Of a DNA stretch of 47,770 bases, positions 40,372-47,770 are shown one piece after another; the stretch's first letter is position 1; every line of letters begins with the position of its first letter. Source of the stretch: Bacteroidales bacterium. Lineage in GTDB: Bacteria; Bacteroidota; Bacteroidia; Bacteroidales; UBA12077. The stretch covers positions 1-47,770 of the forward strand of contig JBKGZD010000003.1 of NCBI GenBank assembly GCA_046545795.1, written 5' to 3'. The position numbers and the translations under genes were made by a program. The notes below the pieces were generated by a model. It was not told where the DNA came from, did no database searches, and was given only the letters and a program-made list of their open reading frames with translations.

Positions 40372-40970
40372 TACCTTCTCTTTATAAAAATTGCCTTAAT
40401 TGTCATCACAATAATAGCAAAATCAGTTGCTAAATTTTGATTCTGTTGGTATTTTTTATCTAGTTTAACTTTTTGTGGAATTGTTTTCTGTAAATAAACT
40501 TGCTCAGGATCACTTACATCTTCGTATATTTTGCTCTCATATAAAAAATATAATGAAGAAAATGAAGTAATGCCGGGTTTCATTGTATAATATCCCGGCA
40601 TATGCCTGAGGTAATAATTCTTATAATCAGGAACATCAGGCCGGGGCCCTACAAAACTCATTTCTCCTGTTAGGACATTAATTAACTGGGGTATTTCATC
40701 CAACTTATATTTTCTCAGCCAGCACCCGGCTTTTGTTATTCTTGGATCTCTATCTCCTACTGTAATACTTGACGTTTCTGAATCGGGATACATGGTTCGG
40801 AATTTATATATACGAAAATTCCTCTGATGCCTGCCCACCCTTATTCCACGGTAAAAAACAGATCCTCGTGAATCCATTAAAATAACAAGTGTTATAACAA
40901 GAAATAAAGGTGATAATACTATCAAACCAATCACACTGAAAATAATATCAAATATTCTCTTAACGACCAT
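40371..40970 (-). CDS. Small polyprenyl-phosphate sugar phosphotransferase (Bac_transf; PglC-like)
   Basis: KRIFDI, F.IYKFRTM, LRKYKLDEIPQL.NVL.GEMSFVGPRP, KPGIT. Confidence 0.92.
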   Translation of the reverse strand: MVVKRIFDIIFSVIGLIVLSPLFLVITLVILMDSRGSVFYRGIRVGRHQRNFRIYKFRTMYPDSETSSITVGDRDPRITKAGCWLRKYKLDEIPQLINVLTGEMSFVGPRPDVPDYKNYYLRHMPGYYTMKPGITSFSSLYFLYESKIYEDVSDPEQVYLQKTIPQKVKLDKKYQQNQNLATDFAIIVMTIKAIFIKRR

Positions 40971-41021
40971 TAAAAACCCTGTTTAATAAATGCTTTTTGC
41001 TATTTTCCATTTTGATTAATA

Positions 41022-42143
41022 CTATATTTTCTTCGAATAAGCTTCCTGGGTAGCTTTTTTATAGATTCCCAGCATCTTGTTTACGCTTTCTTCAAGGCTA
41101 TAAAAATCTTCTACCTGCTTTCTTGCATTCCTGCCCATGCTTTCACGGAAAGTTTTATTAATTATAAGCTTCTCCAATGCATCTGCTGCTGCCCTGGCGT
41201 TTTTCCCGGGAACAACAAAGCCTGTTTCACCATCCCTGACAATTTCTTTAAAGCCCGGCACATCTGATACTACCGAAGGTAAGCCACAAGCACCTGCTTC
41301 CAGTACAGAAACTCCAAAACTTTCATCCATTACAGAAAGTGCTGAAAAAATATCCATCTTGTTCAGATAATACGGAATATTCCCAGGTTCTTGATATCCG
41401 GCAAATTCTACATGATCAGACAGACCAAGTTTCTCAGCCAACCTCTCAAGATTTCTCCTCTCCGGCCCATCTCCTACGATCAGCAAGTGTAAATCCATTC
41501 CCTCATTTCTCTTCAGGACAATATTAAATGCCCTTATTAAAATGTCAACCCCATATATTTTTTTTAAAAGTTTGACCGTACCAATCCTTACTTTATGTCC
41601 CGTATCAGTTTTCCCTGGTTTAAAGAAATCAGTATCTACTCCAAAGGGAGTAACCAAAACATCCTTATGTGAATATTGGTGAATATTTTCTACCATTGCT
41701 TTACTGGTTGATAAAACCCAATCGGCTTTTTTCAATGAATATTTTATCAACCACTTGTGTAAAAATGATTTTTCAGGAATCCTGTAGATATCAGAGCCCC
41801 AAACAGACAAAACAAATGGATGGAAACCAGTTAAGGCTCCAAGCAAACCGTAACTACTGGCATAGTGAGAATGAATAACATCAGGGTGAAAATTTCTAAT
41901 TGCTTTTCTTATTGCCGATAGTAATTTTAAATATCTCACCTTTGACAAACTTCCCGGTTTTCTCGAAACAGATTTACTGGTAAAACCAATATTTACTGTT
42001 TGTAATAAAGCAGGATTATTAAAAGCTTTCTCACCGGCAGGATTTAAACTAACAAGACATATTTCCACACCCTTTTCAGTGAGGGCATTGACCCACTTGA
42101 TTGTATGTGAACTTACCGGATTTGATAGCAACAAAATCTTCAT
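41022..42143 (-). CDS. GT4 family glycosyltransferase
   Basis: HSHYASSYG, SVWGSDI, ESFGVSVLEA.ACGLP.VVS. Confidence 0.9.
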   Translation of the reverse strand: MKILLLSNPVSSHTIKWVNALTEKGVEICLVSLNPAGEKAFNNPALLQTVNIGFTSKSVSRKPGSLSKVRYLKLLSAIRKAIRNFHPDVIHSHYASSYGLLGALTGFHPFVLSVWGSDIYRIPEKSFLHKWLIKYSLKKADWVLSTSKAMVENIHQYSHKDVLVTPFGVDTDFFKPGKTDTGHKVRIGTVKLLKKIYGVDILIRAFNIVLKRNEGMDLHLLIVGDGPERRNLERLAEKLGLSDHVEFAGYQEPGNIPYYLNKMDIFSALSVMDESFGVSVLEAGACGLPSVVSDVPGFKEIVRDGETGFVVPGKNARAAADALEKLIINKTFRESMGRNARKQVEDFYSLEESVNKMLGIYKKATQEAYSKKI

Positions 42144-43273
42144 GAATTTATCAATTGTATCAATAAAGTTGACCAGTCGAAAATAAAATGTTTTTTTCTT
42201 TCAATGCATTTCTGACGGATATTTTCCAGCTGTTTACCGGTTATAATTTTCTCTATTTTTGATTTAAGACTCAGAACATCAGGCTCAAATAACAATTCCG
42301 GATATTTAAGGACTTCAGGAATTCCCCCCCTGTTGGAACCTATCACAGGGATTTGCAAAAACAGCCCTTCTAAAATTACATTTGGACATGAATCAGCAAA
42401 AGAAGGCACAACAAGTAGATCCGCATGTGAAATAAATTCAAGCGGATTCTGCTGATATCCCAAAAAATCGATATTGTCAAAAACATTATATTTTTGCTCG
42501 TAAATTCTCCTGTACTTCCCATCACCCAGTAGAGACAGTCTAACAGAGAAGCCCTCCTGCAGCAATTGCTTAACCGCTTCAAGGATTACCTCTCCCCCTT
42601 TACGCCGTGTATCCATAGAACCGGAAAAAACCAAATGTAATTCATCTTTAGGCTCAACAGGTTTTTGTCTGATTAAGTGCCTGGAAGACGTCATCCACGA
42701 GGCATTAACATTATTGGACAATATTAGTATTTTCTTTTCAATAGAATCGCTTATGTTTTTATGCCTTGAAAGCAAATTATATTTGTCATAGTCACTCTGA
42801 AGAATGATTGTAGCGACACGTTTAACCACAATTCTTTCAACAAATTTATAGAAAAAGAGCCTGAGATTGAAAAGCTTATCCTTTTTTTCACTGTAGTATG
42901 AGTTATATTCCAGCAAATCCTCCCTCAAAAGCAATACTATTCTTCGAAATCCTGCTAAAACTCCCTGAATACCGTAAGGAATCGAAAACAAGATTGTCCT
43001 GTCCACGGAAAGCTTTTTTGCTTTACGGAAAGTCTTCATATTCATCAGTAAATTCAGCAATGAGTCAGGAACAAATCTCGAATGATAAGTACGTATAGAC
43101 AATACCCGACATTTATTCTTTGATGGAATGTTTATATTTTTGGGAGCAATAAGATAAACCTTATTCCCAGTCTCCAGTAGAGACTCAAGCAGCTCATAAA
43201 ATCTCTTTGTTCCACCTGTAACAGGTGTTTCAATGTAGTCCCCTGCTGTATATAACAAATAAGTCTTTGACAT
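42140..43273 (-). CDS. GT4 family glycosyltransferase
   Basis: GG near the N-terminus, RRKG, DLLVVPS..DSCPNVILE, GS.RGGIPE. Confidence 0.82.
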   Translation of the reverse strand: MSKTYLLYTAGDYIETPVTGGTKRFYELLESLLETGNKVYLIAPKNINIPSKNKCRVLSIRTYHSRFVPDSLLNLLMNMKTFRKAKKLSVDRTILFSIPYGIQGVLAGFRRIVLLLREDLLEYNSYYSEKKDKLFNLRLFFYKFVERIVVKRVATIILQSDYDKYNLLSRHKNISDSIEKKILILSNNVNASWMTSSRHLIRQKPVEPKDELHLVFSGSMDTRRKGGEVILEAVKQLLQEGFSVRLSLLGDGKYRRIYEQKYNVFDNIDFLGYQQNPLEFISHADLLVVPSFADSCPNVILEGLFLQIPVIGSNRGGIPEVLKYPELLFEPDVLSLKSKIEKIITGKQLENIRQKCIERKKHFIFDWSTLLIQLINS

Positions 43274-43343
43274 AATAATATTTTATTCAACAAACAACCT
43301 GAGTGATAAAGTATCAGAGTTATATTTAACTTCGCACAATTGG

Positions 43344-44432
43344 TCAGGAGAATAAACCATCTATAACCTCCTCCCACTTTTCAGCAATTGTAATTATATT
43401 GTTGGTTTTCATCACCTCAGTCGCATTTTTGCCTATTTCCTTTCGCCTGCCTGGGTTTTCTGCTAAATCATCAATAGCACTTGCTAATTGACTAACATTA
43501 CCCGGTTCAACCAAAATCCCGTTTATATTATTTTTTATCAATTCCTGCGGACCAAAATCACAATTAAAACTAATACATGGCAGTCCACTTCCCATTGCTT
43601 CTGCAAGAGCATTGGGATACCCTTCATAACGAGAACTCAGTACAAATATAGATGCTCTTGAATACAAACCCGTTATATCTTTTTGTATTCCAGGCAAATG
43701 TATCTTTGAAGTCAGTTTATATTCTGTAATTTTACGCTCAAGGTTCACGCGTTCATTTCCTTCTCCGGCTATAATTAACTGCCAGTTATTTTTTGCACGG
43801 CTTTTTGCAAATGCTTCAAGCAGTAAGTCAAAACCTTTGGCGTATTCCAGTCTTCCAACAGCTAAAATTAGTTTTTCCTTACTTACTTTTTCAGATGGCG
43901 TCATATTATTTAAAGGATTAGGAATAATTTCAATCTTTGACTTTGGCAGGAATGAAAAAAAACGGCTCACCCTGTGCGTTTGTAATACAACCTTATCAGC
44001 AAACCTATACAATAAACGTGAAGCAATTTTCCATCTGGCTGGAATTCTGTATTGAAATGGATTCGTTCTTACAGAAATAATCACAGGGATATCAGTTAAA
44101 AGGCAAGCAAGTACCGTCAGGACATTAACATCAGTAATAAAACCAATAGCAATATCTGCTTTGATTCTGACAAGTTTATTTCGTAATTTGACCACTCTTT
44201 CTATGGTATTCAATAAGCCTGAAAAAAAATGTTTTGAACCTCGGTTATAAATTACCTGATGCTTTTCAATTTTATCATCCAGGGAGTAAAAATCCTTTTT
44301 ATCATCAAGATATACAACGGAAACCCTATAACCACGATTTACAAAATAATTGGCAAGCATTGATATAACCCTTTCAGCACCACCGGCTCTGAGGTAACCG
44401 GTAATAAATGCGATATGTTTGTCTTGCCTCAT
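43344..44432 (-). CDS. GT4 family glycosyltransferase (AmsD/PglH-J-like)
   Basis: GGAERV, IPNP, VGRL...KGFD.L, FVLSSRYEGYPNALAEAM..GLP. Confidence 0.9.
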   Translation of the reverse strand: MRQDKHIAFITGYLRAGGAERVISMLANYFVNRGYRVSVVYLDDKKDFYSLDDKIEKHQVIYNRGSKHFFSGLLNTIERVVKLRNKLVRIKADIAIGFITDVNVLTVLACLLTDIPVIISVRTNPFQYRIPARWKIASRLLYRFADKVVLQTHRVSRFFSFLPKSKIEIIPNPLNNMTPSEKVSKEKLILAVGRLEYAKGFDLLLEAFAKSRAKNNWQLIIAGEGNERVNLERKITEYKLTSKIHLPGIQKDITGLYSRASIFVLSSRYEGYPNALAEAMGSGLPCISFNCDFGPQELIKNNINGILVEPGNVSQLASAIDDLAENPGRRKEIGKNATEVMKTNNIITIAEKWEEVIDGLFS

Positions 44433-44486
44433 ATGGTTATTTTGACTTTTTCAAAGGTCATATAGAGCTTATTAAGGACGTTTCAT
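44433..44486. repeat. Dispersed palindromic element, copy C (internally deleted)
   Basis: ATGGTTATTTTGACTTTTTCAAAGGTCATATAGAGCTTATTAAGGACGTTTCAT keeps the tail and both outer arm ends; the centre is missing. Confidence 0.75.
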
Positions 44487-44542
44487 GGCGTTTTCAATTA
44501 TTAGTTGTCCGGTTACGTAACATTTATGTGTTTGTTAATAAA

Positions 44543-45514
44543 TCAATTCTTCTGTATCCATATTTTTTTAAGTTTATAATAAATCCATGGGAAATATTTA
44601 GCCGCCAAGTACTTAATAAGAAACAATAATACCATTTTGACTTTGATAAAATACTGAACGAAATTACGTGGTTGCCTGTTGCTCCTCACATAATTGTATT
44701 CCTTCAGTTCTCGTTTTAAACATGTTTCGAGTATACTAATTTCCAGACTACTTAATTCTTCCTGCCAGCCAGTTTTCCTTGAAGATAAAACATCATAGTT
44801 TATGTTGTCGTGTAAATATCGTTGTTTTTCTGGTATTCTTTCAAAATAACCAGAAGTCCCTTTAGTACGGTCTGCTAGCTGAATAAAATCTAAAATGCTG
44901 TCAATAATTTCCTCTTTCTTGTCAATAATCTCTTCATAGAAAACCACTTTGAAAGATTTATTTTCTGCTTGTTTACGAACTATTTCACTCATATTCCTGT
45001 AATTCAATGCAAATGCTACAACACTTGTTTCCATTGGCTTACCGGTAATACTGTCTTTTGAATTTTTCTGAGAATTAAACAAAGCTCTCGGATCCCGAAT
45101 TATATGGATAAATTTAGCTCCCGGGAAAGAAGCTTTAACGGAATCAACTTTAAGGTAATAGCGTCCCTTTTTATGCAAAATAATCTCGGGATTGGTTTCT
45201 GAAAAATACAGGTCATAAATACTTCTATACAATGAATCCAGCCTGACAGGATAGCGATAATTATTTTCCAGTTTAGCAAAAAGCTTTTCAGGGCTTATTT
45301 TCCATTCCCGGAATTTTTTACCCTCACATATTTTATCTATAAAAATTTCAAGTTCTTCACTATTTTGAATATAAACCTCCTCCCCTTTCAAAATTCCATC
45401 AGGGATATCATCTTCAATAGTAACACCTGTCCTTCTGTAGTGATCCAGTTCTTTTGCGAGTAAAGTGGAGCCGGATCTTGCCATATATGTCAAAAAACAG
45501 ATATCAAATTTCAT
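44543..45514 (-). CDS. PAPS-dependent sulfotransferase family protein
   Basis: 5'-PSB-like MARSGSTLL, 3'-PB-like FIHIIRDPRA..NS, YEE, W..ELS. Confidence 0.82.
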   Translation of the reverse strand: MKFDICFLTYMARSGSTLLAKELDHYRRTGVTIEDDIPDGILKGEEVYIQNSEELEIFIDKICEGKKFREWKISPEKLFAKLENNYRYPVRLDSLYRSIYDLYFSETNPEIILHKKGRYYLKVDSVKASFPGAKFIHIIRDPRALFNSQKNSKDSITGKPMETSVVAFALNYRNMSEIVRKQAENKSFKVVFYEEIIDKKEEIIDSILDFIQLADRTKGTSGYFERIPEKQRYLHDNINYDVLSSRKTGWQEELSSLEISILETCLKRELKEYNYVRSNRQPRNFVQYFIKVKMVLLFLIKYLAAKYFPWIYYKLKKIWIQKN

Positions 45515-45516
45515 GT

Positions 45517-46965
45517 TCAGTTCTTTCTTTGCTGAAAAAATATACCATAATGTATTTGTTTCAGCTCTTTAAATAAAAAACTTTTTTCCTCAGATGACAA
45601 AAAAATAAAGAAACAATAAAATGCATAGCCCAGTATTAGCAACTCCTTTATCCAAATATACGGAATGAGGCTTCCCACACCTATCAATGTAATTGCCAGG
45701 ACAAGGTTTGTCAGAATGCGCAATACGGGAAATTGTATATTAAGGTGCTTTATCAGCATCAGAATAATAAACACAGGCTGTCCAAGAAATGAAACACTTG
45801 TTGCAATTGCTGCTCCATATAATCCCAAAACCGGGATTAGTAGTATATTCAGAACAATGTTAACGCTAACCATTATCCAGTTAATCTTTGCTGTTATTGC
45901 TGGCATACCTTTGGCTGTAAAGAGTGTTCCAATAGATGAAAAGACTGCCTTGGGCAGAATACCTATAAAAAGAACAGGCAAAAAAGGTATTACTTGTAAA
46001 TAATATTCGGGTAAAAGTGCCTGAATGATATACCGGGCATTGAACAAAAATAATAAAGTCAGCAGGCTCAAACCCAAAAAGGCAAAATCCAGAGAGAAAT
46101 TCATTATTTTTCTTACATATTGTAAATCACCAGAGGTAAAAGCATTCGTAAGTTTTGGATAAGTAACTTTAGACATGCTGTTTCCCGCTAACAAAAACAA
46201 TAGCGAAAATTTAAGGGCATAATTATAAACGGCAACATCCGCACTCTCAAGAAAATAAGAAACAAATAATACATCAATTCTTCTATCCAGAATAAGAGCA
46301 AATGAACCAATAAAAATCAAACTGCTAAACCGAATAAGCCGGAAAGAAGACTGAAGTGCCTCTGTCGATAAAACCAAAGAATATTTCCCATAAACAGAAA
46401 ATAGCAATAAAACAAAAGCAACAATTCCACCTGCATATAATCCGTAAAACACCCCTCTAAGATTCATTTCATAATAATAAACCAGGAGTAGGGTAACGAG
46501 AATTTGTGTTAAAACTGAGGAAAGATTGTATAGAGTTAATTTTTTAAACTTAACATTTGCCTGCAGTATATGGCTAAAATATTCCCGGAAAATATTCAAA
46601 GGAATCAACCATACAACCATTTTTGATACACCAGGGGAAACCTGTAAATCAAATAATTCAAAAATAAAATCATGAAGACTCAGAAAAAGCAGGCAGCCTA
46701 TGCCAGATAAAAAAACCAACAATACTATCCCTGCGGAAAAATAATGGTTGTGTAAACTTACTTCCCTGGTATCATTAAGCTTTTGTACAAGGCTTTGTCC
46801 TATTCCAAAAGAAAAAACAGACACCAGGTAAGAAATAACCAGCAATACAGTTACAAAAACACCTAAATCACCTGGTAAAAGGAGGTTTCCCAGGATAATT
46901 GAAAAAACAAATGAAAACCCCTTAGACAAAAAGGTATTAAAAAAGCTCCATGCAAAATTTTTCAT
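45517..46965 (-). CDS. Wzx-type oligosaccharide flippase (MOP family)
   Basis: About 14 TM segments; KNFAWS, RID..FV, V.VY..A, N..LN.LLIP..G..GAAIAT. Confidence 0.88.
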   Translation of the reverse strand: MKNFAWSFFNTFLSKGFSFVFSIILGNLLLPGDLGVFVTVLLVISYLVSVFSFGIGQSLVQKLNDTREVSLHNHYFSAGIVLLVFLSGIGCLLFLSLHDFIFELFDLQVSPGVSKMVVWLIPLNIFREYFSHILQANVKFKKLTLYNLSSVLTQILVTLLLVYYYEMNLRGVFYGLYAGGIVAFVLLLFSVYGKYSLVLSTEALQSSFRLIRFSSLIFIGSFALILDRRIDVLFVSYFLESADVAVYNYALKFSLLFLLAGNSMSKVTYPKLTNAFTSGDLQYVRKIMNFSLDFAFLGLSLLTLLFLFNARYIIQALLPEYYLQVIPFLPVLFIGILPKAVFSSIGTLFTAKGMPAITAKINWIMVSVNIVLNILLIPVLGLYGAAIATSVSFLGQPVFIILMLIKHLNIQFPVLRILTNLVLAITLIGVGSLIPYIWIKELLILGYAFYCFFIFLSSEEKSFLFKELKQIHYGIFFQQRKN

Positions 46966-46967
46966 AG

Positions 46968-47768
46968 CTAACTCTTTAGTCCCTCTAACTTCTCTATCAG
47001 CTCATCAATGCGGGATTCCCAATGTATATATTTATCAGCCCATTCAACAGCGCTATAGCTCAACCGGTAAAATTCTTCTTTGGTCATACCAGCCAATTTT
47101 TCCATCTGCATCAATATTTGTTTATCTGAGAATGCTGGCATCAAAGGACATCCCTCCCCATAACTTTCCGTAAACTCTTTTGTATGTACATCAGTACTAG
47201 AAACTATTATGCTTCCCAAAGCAAGGGCCTCCCTTTGTATACCGCCAAGGGTGTTTAAATTAATCGTAAACTGATCAAAAGTCACAACATTATCCAGGCT
47301 CATATACGCATGTAACTCCGGCAATGATAAATGCCCGGTGTAATCTACGTATTCTTTTAAGTTGCAGGAGTCAACCATCTTTTTAAACATCTCAGCATGT
47401 TCACCTTGCAACCCTGCAATCATTTTTACATTTCTTTTTGTCTGCACCTGGAATTTTTTGAATGCCTCCAGTAATTTTTCAGAGCCTTTGTAGTCAACTT
47501 TACCCTTTTCCATGTTTTTACGGGTGGGATTAAAGAATAACAAATCGTATTTCCCGTATTTCATTTTCAACTTTTCAAGAAGGCCATAATTGATATTGTT
47601 CTTAATATTTTTTGTATCAACAAGAAATGGAAATAAATCTATCTTATTCCCCTGTCCCAGGATACGGGCAGACCAAATACAATCACTTTGTACTGTAAAA
47701 ATCCGGCTCACATTGTTAATTCTTCTTCTGTAGAGATAGGAATAAATTTCATTTATCAATGGATTGCT
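46968..47768 (-). CDS. Probable GT-B glycosyltransferase, 5' part outside the window
   Basis: The frame stays open to the window edge. FNPTR, KGSE.L.EAF and DQF....LGGI.REALALG resemble a GT-B C-terminal domain; polysaccharide-locus context. Confidence 0.6.
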   Translation of the reverse strand, partial: SNPLINEIYSYLYRRRINNVSRIFTVQSDCIWSARILGQGNKIDLFPFLVDTKNIKNNINYGLLEKLKMKYGKYDLLFFNPTRKNMEKGKVDYKGSEKLLEAFKKFQVQTKRNVKMIAGLQGEHAEMFKKMVDSCNLKEYVDYTGHLSLPELHAYMSLDNVVTFDQFTINLNTLGGIQREALALGSIIVSSTDVHTKEFTESYGEGCPLMPAFSDKQILMQMEKLAGMTKEEFYRLSYSAVEWADKYIHWESRIDELIEKLEGLKS

Positions 47769-47770
47769 CT

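Overview
AT-rich chromosomal window from a Bacteroidota (most likely Bacteroidales/Marinilabiliales-like) genome. This assignment rests on TAnnTTTG promoters, DUF3109/DUF5063/DUF2795/DUF3108 genes and the recQ-guaB-PPIase-SurA-OstA block. Left to right: a window-truncated CheR-PAS (probably CheB/CheR) fusion and its PAS hybrid kinase; about 1.1 kb of gene remnants; a family-4-like uracil-DNA glycosylase with a Cys-rich tail; yihY, DUF3109 and gpmI; a glycine-betaine ABC operon headed by an acidic outer-membrane beta-barrel; tRNA-Phe; housekeeping genes (M16 peptidase, O-methyltransferase, rlmI-like, exonuclease, recQ, guaB, PPIases, OstA-like, PduO, recG); and the distal end of a surface-polysaccharide locus with a sulfotransferase. 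The most notable unannotated signal is a ~100-bp palindromic intergenic element present five times, in both orientations. Two copies are near-intact, two are decayed, and one has its palindrome collapsed. Two copies end exactly at a start codon. No CRISPR array, integrase, transposase or phage gene was seen. All family assignments are by motif recognition, not database search.
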